Below, one piece after another: positions 16,659 through 25,159 of a stretch of DNA of 32,000 nt. The stretch lies in assembly GCA_963843975.1 (NCBI GenBank), contig CAWJMG010000003.1, forward strand, positions 2,010,001-2,042,000. Reading direction: 5' to 3'. Position 1 is the first letter of the stretch. Each line of letters starts with the position of its first letter. The notes beneath the pieces were generated by a model, which saw only the letters and a list, made by a program, of their open reading frames with translations, searched no databases and was not told the DNA's origin. Source of the DNA: an uncultured Actinomycetes bacterium (GTDB taxonomy: Bacteria; Actinomycetota; Actinomycetes; S36-B12; CAIYMF01). A program made the position numbers and the translations under genes.

Positions 16659-18239
16659 ATGCGTACGTCGAGCACTCGACGTCACCCGATCCGCGCGCTC
16701 GTCAGCACCGCCGCGGGAGCCGCGCTCGCGGTGACGGGCCTGGGAATCGGAGCGGCGCCCGCGACCGCTGCGCCCGCGCCGACGGGGACGGATCAGAACG
16801 TGATGCTCGCGATCGCGAACTACGGAGGCCCCGTGGGCATGACCGCGACCTTCCTCGAGACCGACACCGGGCTCGTCGTCTGCGGCGACGGGATCCTCGG
16901 CGGCGCGTGCAACTTCCTGTTCACCTCGGAGATCGGCGGCGTGGCCGACACGACCGAGCCCGGGCCGGCCTTCACCGCCCTCCCTCTCGCTCAAGGGTTC
17001 GGCAACGGCGCCTTCGGCGAGGTCTTCACCCCGACCATCAGCGGCAGCCTCACCGGGTTCACCATGAACCTGTCCTGCCTCGACCAGACGGCGTCCGGCA
17101 TCTACGGCCTCGAGGCGGCCATCTTCGAGACCGACGAGGCCGGCCTGACCATCAACGTTCCTCCGCTGGCCGGCGGCCCCGTCGACCTCGCCGACTGCCC
17201 GACCGACACCACGTCGACCAACGACACGTGGACGCCTGCCAGCTTCGCGCCCATCACGCTCCCCGTGTCCGGCGCCGCGCTGATCGCCGGCCACCACTAC
17301 GTCGTCCTGTTCGGCGGGTCGTTCGTCGGTGGCATCCAGCCTCCTGGGCTCACGACCACGCCCAACGCCCCGACATCGCTCACCGCGACCCCGGGGAACG
17401 CGAGGCTGACCGTCGGCTTCACCGCCCCGAGCGAGGACGGCGGCTCCGCCATCACCGACTACGAGTGGACGACGGACGACGGCGCCACCTGGCACAGCTC
17501 AGGTCGCACGACGAGCCCGCTCACGATCACAGGGCTCACCAACGCCACCGAGTACTCCGTGAAGGTCCGCGCGGTCAACGCCAACGGGAACGGCGTCGCG
17601 AGCGAGGCTGCCACCGGGACTCCGCAGGCCCCGCCCGCGCCCCCGGAGCCGCCGGTCTCCTCGACGGTCCGACCGGTCATCGCGACGTGGAAGGTGACGG
17701 CCGGCCACCAGAGCACGCTGCGTCTGCTGCGCTACTCCGGATCGCCGAAGGCGACGCTGACGACGTCCACCCCGACTGCCTGCTCGGTCAAGGGCTCCCT
17801 GGTCCTGTTCCACGTCGCCGGCACCTGTCACATCTCTGTCGTCCAGGGCGGCACTACCTGGAAGACGTTCACGGCCGAGGTCAGCACGACGGCAGGAGCG
17901 ACCGGCATGGCGACCGCCGACCACGTCCGCTCGATCCCGTTCGCCCCCGAGTCGACGACGCTGTCGGACGCCGCCAAGGCCACGCTGCGCTCGATGGCCC
18001 CGGGGCTGAAGGCGGCGCACGCGGTGGTCGTCCACGGCTTCGCTGCCGGTGACCTGCGCAGCGGTCGCAACGCCTACACGTGGCGACTGACCGAGGACCG
18101 TGCCCAGGCGGTCGCGACGTACCTCCGGTCGCTGGGCGTCCGGGTCGTGCTCGCGCACGGCTTCAACACCTGGCTGCCGTTGGACGCGAAACGTCAGTTC
18201 GACGGCATCAACCGCCGCGCGGACGTCGCCTGGATCTGA
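16659..18239 (+). CDS. secreted multidomain protein: signal peptide, unknown N-terminal domain, fibronectin type III domain, Ig-like region, C-terminal OmpA/MotB-like peptidoglycan-binding domain
   Basis: Signal peptide MRTSSTRRHPIRALVSTAAGAALAVTGLGIGAAPATA. FN3 domain PTSLTATPGNARLTVGFTAPSEDGGSAITDYEW...TEYSVKVRAVNANGNG. OmpA_C-like domain LTEDRAQAVATYLRSLGV...GINRRADVAWI. GGAGG lies 6 nt before the ATG. Confidence 0.85.
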   Translation: MRTSSTRRHPIRALVSTAAGAALAVTGLGIGAAPATAAPAPTGTDQNVMLAIANYGGPVGMTATFLETDTGLVVCGDGILGGACNFLFTSEIGGVADTTEPGPAFTALPLAQGFGNGAFGEVFTPTISGSLTGFTMNLSCLDQTASGIYGLEAAIFETDEAGLTINVPPLAGGPVDLADCPTDTTSTNDTWTPASFAPITLPVSGAALIAGHHYVVLFGGSFVGGIQPPGLTTTPNAPTSLTATPGNARLTVGFTAPSEDGGSAITDYEWTTDDGATWHSSGRTTSPLTITGLTNATEYSVKVRAVNANGNGVASEAATGTPQAPPAPPEPPVSSTVRPVIATWKVTAGHQSTLRLLRYSGSPKATLTTSTPTACSVKGSLVLFHVAGTCHISVVQGGTTWKTFTAEVSTTAGATGMATADHVRSIPFAPESTTLSDAAKATLRSMAPGLKAAHAVVVHGFAAGDLRSGRNAYTWRLTEDRAQAVATYLRSLGVRVVLAHGFNTWLPLDAKRQFDGINRRADVAWI

Positions 18240-18246
18240 CGCACGT

Positions 18247-18283
18247 CGTCCACCCCGCGGCATTCGAGGCTGCGGGGTGGACG
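18247..18283 (+). terminator. stem-loop after the FN3/OmpA-like gene (12-bp perfect stem, 13-nt loop)
   Basis: CGTCCACCCCGC (18247-18258) pairs with GCGGGGTGGACG (18272-18283), starting 8 nt after the stop at 18239. No U-tract. Confidence 0.5.
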
Positions 18284-18312
18284 CCTGCCCGGACCGGTGC
18301 GACCGTGGAGGC

Positions 18313-18612
18313 ATGGCCCGACTGCTCGACGCCGAGGAGATCAGCCGCCAGCTCGAGACCCTGCCCGGCTGGTACGGCGACGGCACCGCCCTGGGCCGCA
18401 CCTACGAGCTCGCCGACTTCCCGACCGCGATCCGCGCGGTCGACGAGATCGCGCTGCTCGCCGAGGACATGGACCACCACCCCGACATCGACATCCGCTG
18501 GCGCACCCTGCACCTCACCCTCTCGACGCACAGCGCGGGCGGCACGACGCAGCTCGACATCGAGCTCGCGCACCAGATCCATGGCGTTCTCACCGGGCTC
18601 GGTGCGGCGTGA
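18313..18612 (+). CDS. phhB: pterin-4-alpha-carbinolamine dehydratase (PCD/DCoH family)
   Basis: 99 aa: MARLLDAEEISRQLETLPGWYGDG...DHHPDIDIRWRTLHLTLSTHSAGGTTQLDIELA, the classic PCD core (HHP..., W..v...l.TH). GTGGAGG upstream. I chose the internal ATG at 18313 of track ORF 18100..18612. Confidence 0.9.
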   Translation: MARLLDAEEISRQLETLPGWYGDGTALGRTYELADFPTAIRAVDEIALLAEDMDHHPDIDIRWRTLHLTLSTHSAGGTTQLDIELAHQIHGVLTGLGAA

Positions 18613-18914
18613 TGGGCAGCCTCTGGGCGATGACGTTCCCGGCCCTCGTCGTGCTGCTCGTCGTGGCCGCGGTGATCGACGTCGCCGTGACGCGGCGCCG
18701 GCGGCGCAGGGGCGAGACGACCGCCCGCCCCAAGGTCGCGGCCGCCGGCTTCGACGTCCTCGGCCTCGCGCTGGCGCCATCCAGCCGTCACAAGAAGGAG
18801 CACGACGAGTTCCTGGAGGTCAAGCGCGAGGAGGACGGCGACGCCGCCCCTCCGCGCAGCACCGTCGACCTCGACTCCGGCGTCGCGCGGATCGTCCTGC
18901 CCCCGCGTCCGTGA
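18612..18914 (+). CDS. small single-pass membrane protein (100 aa), possibly DUF6191-like
   Basis: The ATG overlaps the PCD stop (TGATG). Sequence is MGSLWAMTFPALVVLLVVAAVIDVAV then RRRRRRG, followed by an acidic tail HKKEHDEFLEVKREEDGDAAPPRSTVDLDSGVARIV. The family name is from memory only. Confidence 0.6.
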   Translation: MGSLWAMTFPALVVLLVVAAVIDVAVTRRRRRRGETTARPKVAAAGFDVLGLALAPSSRHKKEHDEFLEVKREEDGDAAPPRSTVDLDSGVARIVLPPRP

Positions 18915-19022
18915 ACGGCGTGCGACACCTCGAGAACCGCCGGGCGCACTCGCAGGACTCCCACTAGGTTCGCCTCACCGCGGGACGAGCGGCGTCCTGC
19001 ACGTACGGATGGGTGAGGTGCG

Positions 19023-20399
19023 ATGAGCGACGAGGTGCGCCGGCACAAGTACACGCTCGACGAGGACGAGATGCCGACCACCTGGTACAACCTCGTGGCC
19101 GATCTGCCCAGCCCGCCCCCGCCCGCGCTGCACCCCGGCACCCTGCAGCCGGCCGGGCCCGAGGACTTCGCGCCGCTCTTCCCGATGGACCTGATCCTGC
19201 AGGAGGTCACGCAGGACCGGTACGTCGAGATCCCCGGCGGCGTCCTCGACGTCTACCGCCAGTGGAGGCCGTCCCCGCTGTTCCGCGCCCACCGCCTCGA
19301 GGAGGCGCTCGGCACGCCGGCGCGCATCTACTACAAGTACGAGGGCGTGTCGCCCGCCGGTTCGCACAAGACCAACACCTCGGTGCCGCAGGCCTACTAC
19401 AACAAGAAGGCCGGCGTGAAGAAGCTCACGACGGAGACGGGCGCCGGCCAGTGGGGCACGGCCCTGGCGTTCGCGTGCGCCCTCTACGACATCGAGTGCG
19501 AGGTGTGGCAGGTCGGGTCGTCGTACGACAGCAAGCCTTATCGCCGCCTGATGATCGAGGCGTTCGGCGGCACGGTGCACCGCTCGCCGTCCGACCTCAC
19601 CGGTGCTGGCCGGAAGTTCCTCGAGGACCCGGCGAACTTCTCTGGCTCGCTCGGCATCGCGATCTCCGAGGCCGTCGAGGTGGCCGCCGGCGACCCCGAC
19701 ACCCGCTACGCGCTGGGCAGCGTGCTCAACCACGTGCTGCTGCACCAGACGATCATCGGCGAGGAGGCGCTCCTGCAGATGGCGAAGGCGGGCGACACCC
19801 CCACGCACATCGTCGGCTGCACCGGCGGCGGCTCGAACTTCGGCGGGCTCTCGTTCCCGTTCCTGCGCGAGAAGCTCGCGGGCAAGATCTCGCCGCGCAT
19901 CATCGCCGCCGAGCCGGCGTCCTGCCCGTCGCTCACGCACGGCGTGTACGCGTACGACTTCGGCGACACCGCCGGCATGACGCCACTCATGAAGATGCAC
20001 ACCCTCGGGCACGACTTCATCCCCGACCCGATCCACGCCGGCGGACTGCGCTACCACGGCATGTCGCCGCTCATCTCGCACGTGTACGAGCTCGGCCTCA
20101 TGGAGGCAGAGGCTGTCCCGCAGACGGAGTGCTTCTCCGCCGCGGTGCAGTTCGCGCGCACCGAAGGCATCGTCCCCGCGCCCGAGCCGACCCACGCGCT
20201 CGCGCTCGCCATCCGCGAGGCGATGAAGGCGAAGGAGACCGGCGAGGAGACCGTCATCCTCACCGCGCTGTGCGGCCACGGCCACTTCGACCTCGCGGCG
20301 TACGACGACTACCTCAACGGCCGCATGGTCGACGAGGAGGTCAGCGAGGCGCGCTTCGCCGCGGGCCTGGCGACCATCCCCCCGGTGCCCGTCGGCTGA
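19023..20399 (+). CDS. TrpB-like PLP-dependent enzyme (tryptophan synthase beta-chain paralog, TrpB2 family)
   Basis: 458 aa. TrpB2-type N-terminal extension (YTLDEDEMPTTWYN), PLP-lysine region YKYEGVSPAGSHKTNT, ETGAGQWGTALAFA, CTGGGSNFGG. No trpA or other trp genes are adjacent. Confidence 0.93.
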   Translation: MSDEVRRHKYTLDEDEMPTTWYNLVADLPSPPPPALHPGTLQPAGPEDFAPLFPMDLILQEVTQDRYVEIPGGVLDVYRQWRPSPLFRAHRLEEALGTPARIYYKYEGVSPAGSHKTNTSVPQAYYNKKAGVKKLTTETGAGQWGTALAFACALYDIECEVWQVGSSYDSKPYRRLMIEAFGGTVHRSPSDLTGAGRKFLEDPANFSGSLGIAISEAVEVAAGDPDTRYALGSVLNHVLLHQTIIGEEALLQMAKAGDTPTHIVGCTGGGSNFGGLSFPFLREKLAGKISPRIIAAEPASCPSLTHGVYAYDFGDTAGMTPLMKMHTLGHDFIPDPIHAGGLRYHGMSPLISHVYELGLMEAEAVPQTECFSAAVQFARTEGIVPAPEPTHALALAIREAMKAKETGEETVILTALCGHGHFDLAAYDDYLNGRMVDEEVSEARFAAGLATIPPVPVG

Positions 20400-20410
20400 C
20401 ACCACCCCGA

Positions 20411-20448
20411 CGAGAGGCCGTCCGGCGCACCCGCCGGGCGGCCTCTCG
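20411..20448 (+). terminator. strong GC-rich hairpin after TrpB2 (17-bp stem including one G-U, loop CACC), no U-tract
   Basis: CGAGAGGCCGTCCGGCG cacc CGCCGGGCGGCCTCTCG, starting 12 nt after the stop at 20399. Confidence 0.6.
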
Positions 20449-20608
20449 CGTCGCACTGCCACGCACCCGTCGCGGCCGGGTGACGAGGCACGGATTCACC
20501 CGGCGGCCAGGGGAACACCGGAGCTAGTGTGTGCGGACCGACATCGGGGGGACACCGACGGCGGTTGGACGGGGTGCGGCGACTGCCGCGAGCGAGGGGG
20601 AGCACACC

Positions 20609-21103
20609 GTGGACGCCGCGTTCTGGGTCCTGGCCATCGGAGGCCTGGCAGCCCTGCTGCTGGGCACGCTGTTCGACGGCGTCCTCGACCTCGGCAACCT
20701 CCTCCCCGACGCCGACTGGTTCTCCGTCCCGGCAATCGGCGGCTTCTGCGCCGTCCTCGGCTTCACGGGGATCCTCGCCACCTCGCTCGGCGTGCCCACC
20801 GCCGCGGCGCTGGGCATCGGGCTCGTCGCGGGGGCGCTCGCGTTCTACGCCGTGCTGCGCCTCACCCGCCTGCTCCGCCGGGACGACACCGAGGGCGCGA
20901 CGTCGCGCGAGCAGCTCGTCGGCCTCACCGCCACGGTCGTGTCCGACGTCCCGGCCGACGGGTACGGCGAGGTCTCCGTGGTGCTGGCGGGCACCAGCTC
21001 GAAGTTCAGCGCCCGGTCGGAGGGGACGCCGATCCCGCGCGGCACGGACGTGCTCGTCCTCGAGGCGCTGTCGGACAGCGCGGTCCTCATCCGGGTGGTC
21101 TGA
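20609..21103 (+). CDS. NfeD-family membrane protein (flotillin-associated, C-terminal OB-fold)
   Basis: Three hydrophobic spans are followed by GLTATVVSDVPADGYGEVSVVLAGTSSKFSARSEGTPIPRGTDVLVLEALSDSAVLIRV, the NfeD C-terminal pattern. I chose GTG at 20609 (GAGGGGGA 8 nt upstream). It lies directly upstream of a flotillin gene, as is usual. Confidence 0.8.
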   Translation: MDAAFWVLAIGGLAALLLGTLFDGVLDLGNLLPDADWFSVPAIGGFCAVLGFTGILATSLGVPTAAALGIGLVAGALAFYAVLRLTRLLRRDDTEGATSREQLVGLTATVVSDVPADGYGEVSVVLAGTSSKFSARSEGTPIPRGTDVLVLEALSDSAVLIRVV

Positions 21104-21196
21104 GCACACGCACGGCACGGCCACCGCGGCGCACGCCTCGGTGGGCACGACGGGGGTCCGCCGGACGGCGGCCACGCTCCACGAAGGGGAAGCACG

Positions 21197-22729
21197 ATGC
21201 TGGATCTGTTCAACTCGACCGTGTTCTGGTCGGTCCTCGGGCTGATCGTCACGGTCATCGCGCTCGTGGCCTTCGTGCTGTCGCGCTACAAGGTCGCCGG
21301 CCCGAGCCAGGCCCTCATCGTGACGGGCCGCAAGGGCAAGACCAGCTCGGACCTCACCTCGCAGCGGGTCGTGATCGGCGGCGGACTGTTCGTCATCCCG
21401 GTCGTGCAGCAGGCCTCGATCCTCGACCTGTCGAGCCGACGCATCGAGGTCACCGTCACCGACGCGCCTGCCAAGAACGGCATCAAGCTCTCGATCCAGG
21501 GCGTCGCCATCGTCAAGGTCGGCTCGACCGACGAGGCCATCCGAGCGGCTGCTCAGCGCTTCACCGCCCAGCAGGGCGAGATCGCCGCGCAGACGACCGA
21601 GGTGCTCTCGGGTGCGCTGCGGTCGATCGTCGGCAACCTCACGGTCGAGGACATCATCAAGGACCGCATGCTCTTCGCCTCGCAGGTAGCCGAGCTCACC
21701 GAGCAGGCCCTCACCGGCCAGGGCCTGGTGCTCGACACGTTCCAGATCCAGGACGTCACCGACAACGGCACCTACCTCACCGACCTTGGTCGCCCCGAGG
21801 CCGCGCGCGTGCAGCAGAACGCGGCGATCGCCGAGGCGCAGGCGCGCCAGGCGGCCGAGCAGGCGCGCCTCGCCACCGAGCAGCAGATCCTGAACTCCAC
21901 GCGCGAGTTCTCGCTGCAGCAGGCCGCGGTCAAGGCCGAGACCGACGCCGCCCAGGCGAACGCCGCTGCGGCCGGGCCCCTCGCCGAGGCCGACAAGCGC
22001 CAGCAGATCCTCAACGCGCAGGAGAAGGTCGCGGTGCAGCAGGCCGCGCTCACCGACCGCACGCTCGACACCGAGGTCCGCAAGCCCGCCGACGCCGCGC
22101 GCTACCGCGCCGAGCAGGAGGCCGAGGCCGAGCGGATCACCGCGATGAAGCGCGCGGAGGCGGCGAAGTTCAGCACCATCGCGCAGGCCGAGGCGAAGGC
22201 CGAGCAGGACCGACTCACCGGTGAGGGTGAGAAGCTGCGTCGTACCGCGCTCGCGGAGGCCGAGGCCATCGAGGGTGAGCGCCGCGGTGCGGCCGAGCGG
22301 GCCCAGCGCGAGGCGGTCGCCAAGGCCGTCCAGGCCGAGGGTGACGCCCAGGCGTCCGCGACGCTCGCGGTCGGCACGTCCGAGGCCGAGGCGATGACCA
22401 AGAAGGCCGACGCCTACGCCAAGTACAACCAGGCCGCCGTCCTCGAGATGGTCGTGGCCGCGCTGCCGCAGATCGCCAAGGAGATCGCGGCGCCGATGGC
22501 CGCGATCGACAACCTCACGGTGCTCTCGACCGAGGGTGCGGGCCACCTCAGCCGGCAGGTGACGAACACCTTCGCCCAGGTGCAGGAGATGCTGAAGGCG
22601 ACGACCGGCGTCGACCTCGCCGCGCTCCTCCCCCAGGCCACGACCGCGCCGGAGCCGACGCCGGCTCCGGCGGCGAAGGCTGCAGCCCCGGCGAAGGCCG
22701 CGGTCGAGAAGGGCTCAACGGGCTCCTGA
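21197..22729 (+). CDS. flotillin-like SPFH/band-7 domain protein
   Basis: 510 aa. N-terminal hairpin anchor VFWSVLGLIVTVIALVAFVL, an SPFH core (YKVAGPSQALIVTGRKG...IKLSIQGVAIVKV), then a long Ala/Glu/Gln-rich coiled-coil typical of flotillins. Confidence 0.92.
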   Translation: MLDLFNSTVFWSVLGLIVTVIALVAFVLSRYKVAGPSQALIVTGRKGKTSSDLTSQRVVIGGGLFVIPVVQQASILDLSSRRIEVTVTDAPAKNGIKLSIQGVAIVKVGSTDEAIRAAAQRFTAQQGEIAAQTTEVLSGALRSIVGNLTVEDIIKDRMLFASQVAELTEQALTGQGLVLDTFQIQDVTDNGTYLTDLGRPEAARVQQNAAIAEAQARQAAEQARLATEQQILNSTREFSLQQAAVKAETDAAQANAAAAGPLAEADKRQQILNAQEKVAVQQAALTDRTLDTEVRKPADAARYRAEQEAEAERITAMKRAEAAKFSTIAQAEAKAEQDRLTGEGEKLRRTALAEAEAIEGERRGAAERAQREAVAKAVQAEGDAQASATLAVGTSEAEAMTKKADAYAKYNQAAVLEMVVAALPQIAKEIAAPMAAIDNLTVLSTEGAGHLSRQVTNTFAQVQEMLKATTGVDLAALLPQATTAPEPTPAPAAKAAAPAKAAVEKGSTGS

Positions 22730-22736
22730 CGACCAC

Positions 22737-22784
22737 GCATGCGGGAGGGCGCCGAGCACCATTGATCGGCGCCCTCCCGCATGC
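22737..22784. terminator. bidirectional terminator-like hairpin between convergent genes (19-bp perfect stem, 10-nt loop)
   Basis: GCATGCGGGAGGGCGCCGA (22737-22755) pairs with TCGGCGCCCTCCCGCATGC (22766-22784). It lies between the flotillin stop (22729) and the ATPase stop (22791). Confidence 0.65.
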
Positions 22785-22790
22785 CCGGGA

Positions 22791-25097
22791 TCAGCGCGCG
22801 GCCTCGGGGATCAGGCTGAACGCACCCTCGTCCTCCTGCGCGTTGTGCAGCCGAAGGACGCCGTACAGGCCGTAGAGCGCACGCCTCAGCTCGACGACGT
22901 CGTCGGCCGTGACCGTGCCCTCGCCGATCTCCGACACGATGCGGTCGAGGCGGCTCACCTGGTGCTCGATCTCGGCGTGGGTGCGGCTGAGGCCGCCGGT
23001 GGGATCGAGCCCGCCGAGCGCCCGCGCGACGACGGGGAGCAGGAGCAGCTCCTCCTCCTGCTCGTGCGGCACGAGCTCTTGCTGGAGGCGGCGCACGAGG
23101 TCGCGCACCGCGCGGATGTCCTCGTCGTCGTCCGAGAGCGCGTCGGCGACGGCCGAGACGTCCTCGACCAGCGCGTGCAGCGCCTGGTGGTCGACGCGAA
23201 GCCTGGCCGCCACGGCCACGTCCTCAGCGCTCATCGAGACGGTGTGCACGGCCGTGGGCAGCAGGCCGGTCAGGGCGATGCCGATCGCGAGGACGTCGAT
23301 ACCCTCCTGCAGCAGAGCACCGCCTGTCGGCGCGAGCACGCCGAACGCTGCAGCCACCATCGCCACCGCCGACAGCGACATGCCGACCACGGCCGCGCGG
23401 TAGGCGATGCGGCGGGACCGCTGCGCGATCAGGATCGCGTCGGCGAGCGCGTCGATGCGGTCGACGGTGAGGACGACATCGGCTGCCTCGGACGACGCCG
23501 ACGACCCGCGTGAGGCGAGCGCCACGCCCACGCCTGCCGCTGCGAGCGCGGGGGCGTCGTTGACGCCGTCTCCGACCATGATCGTGGAGCCGTGGCGGCC
23601 CTCGTCGGCCACCACACGCACCTTCGAGCCCGGGTCCTGCTCGGCGTAGACGGTGTCGACACCGACGAGCCGGCCGACCGTGTCGGCGATGTCCGACCGG
23701 TCGCCGCTCACGAGCACGACCCGGGCGATGCCGACCGAGCGCAGCGCGCGGACCATGCGCGGGGCGTCGGGCCGGATCGGGTCCTCGAGCACCAGGGCAC
23801 CTGCCGGCACGCCGTCCGCGGAGACGAAGACCGTGAGCGAGCCGTCGAGCGACGCACGACGGCGTACCTGCCGCACCCACGTCGGGGCGGGCCCGTCGAC
23901 GACCCACGTCTCCTTGCCCACGCGCACGGCGACGTCGTCGACGACGCCCTCGATGCCGTAGCCCGCGACCTCGTGCACGTCGCTGGGCTCGCTCAGCACC
24001 CCGCCGCGCGAGCGCGCGGAGGACACGACGGCGCCGGCGAGGACGTGCGGCGAGTACTGGTCGAGCGACGCCGCCAGCGAGACGACCCGCTCGACCGGCA
24101 GCGCGTCGCCGCAGACGACGTCGACCACGGTCGGCCGGCCGCGTGTGAGCGTGCCCGTCTTGTCGAACAGGAGCACGGTGCCGTTGGCCAGCTGCTCGAG
24201 AGCGGAGCCGCCCTTGACCACGACCCCGGCCCGCGCAGCGCGCGACAGCCCTGCCATGAGCGCGATCGGCGTCGCGAGGATCAGCGGGCAGGGGGTCGCG
24301 ACGACCAGAACAGCGACGCCGCGGACGGCGTCGCCCGAGACCCACCACGCGGCACCCGCGACGACCAGCGCGATCGGCACGAAGTACGCCGCGAGCCGGT
24401 CGGCGAGGCGGACGAAGGGGGCTGTGTCCGCTGCGGCCTGCTCGACCATCCGCACGAGACCGGCGTACGTCGAGGTCGCAGAGGTCGCCGTCGCGACGAG
24501 CTCGACGGGCGACCCAGCGTTGACGACGCCGCTGCGCACGCCCTCGTCGACCGCACGTTCGACAGGGAGGGACTCACCCGACAGCGCGGACTCGTCGAAG
24601 ACGCCCGCCGTAACCAGCCTGCCGTCGACCGGGGCGAGCTCGCCCGGGCCCACGATCACGCGGTCGCCGATCACGACGTCGGCGACGTCGATCGTGAGCA
24701 CCTCGGCACCGCGCTTCACCCGCGCCGTGCGCGGGGCGCGGTCGACGAGGAGCGTCAGCTCGCGCGAGGCACGCGCCTGAGCGCTCGCCTCGAGGAGCTG
24801 CCCGGTCGCCAGCATCAGGGCGACGACGGCGGCCGCGAGGTACTCGCCCACGACGACCGCGCCGGCGAGCGCGAGCAGCGCGATGACGTCGACGCTCAGC
24901 TGGCGGTGCCGGACGGCGCGGACGGTCGCCACCAGCGAGAGCACGAAGCCCTGCGCGGTGGCGAGCAGGAAGAGGATGTCGGCCGGGGTCTCGCGGCCGA
25001 CGAGCAGGAGGACCACGCCCGCTGCGAGGAGCAGCGCGCAGACGGCCAGCTGGAGCTGTTCACGCCGGGGCCCGGCGGTCCGCGTCGTGTGGCTCAT
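22791..25097 (-). CDS. P1B-type heavy-metal-translocating ATPase, P1B-5-like, with a C-terminal hemerythrin-like (HHE) domain and no N-terminal metal-binding domain
   Basis: DKTGTLT phosphorylation site, GDGVNDAPALAAA hinge, TGES-equivalent SGESLP, TM4 motif TPCP. The C-terminal ~150 aa carry hemerythrin ligand spacing (VPHEQEEE = HxxxE, THAEIEH, LHNAQED = HxxxxD). I chose ATG at 25097 (GAGGTGG 6 nt upstream); the track start is GTG 25106. Confidence 0.92.
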   Translation of the reverse strand: MSHTTRTAGPRREQLQLAVCALLLAAGVVLLLVGRETPADILFLLATAQGFVLSLVATVRAVRHRQLSVDVIALLALAGAVVVGEYLAAAVVALMLATGQLLEASAQARASRELTLLVDRAPRTARVKRGAEVLTIDVADVVIGDRVIVGPGELAPVDGRLVTAGVFDESALSGESLPVERAVDEGVRSGVVNAGSPVELVATATSATSTYAGLVRMVEQAAADTAPFVRLADRLAAYFVPIALVVAGAAWWVSGDAVRGVAVLVVATPCPLILATPIALMAGLSRAARAGVVVKGGSALEQLANGTVLLFDKTGTLTRGRPTVVDVVCGDALPVERVVSLAASLDQYSPHVLAGAVVSSARSRGGVLSEPSDVHEVAGYGIEGVVDDVAVRVGKETWVVDGPAPTWVRQVRRRASLDGSLTVFVSADGVPAGALVLEDPIRPDAPRMVRALRSVGIARVVLVSGDRSDIADTVGRLVGVDTVYAEQDPGSKVRVVADEGRHGSTIMVGDGVNDAPALAAAGVGVALASRGSSASSEAADVVLTVDRIDALADAILIAQRSRRIAYRAAVVGMSLSAVAMVAAAFGVLAPTGGALLQEGIDVLAIGIALTGLLPTAVHTVSMSAEDVAVAARLRVDHQALHALVEDVSAVADALSDDDEDIRAVRDLVRRLQQELVPHEQEEELLLLPVVARALGGLDPTGGLSRTHAEIEHQVSRLDRIVSEIGEGTVTADDVVELRRALYGLYGVLRLHNAQEDEGAFSLIPEAAR

Positions 25098-25159
25098 GGC
25101 CACCACCTCGATCCGAGGACGCGCGAGCGACGCAGCAGCGCCCGTCTCCCTCCACCCTA

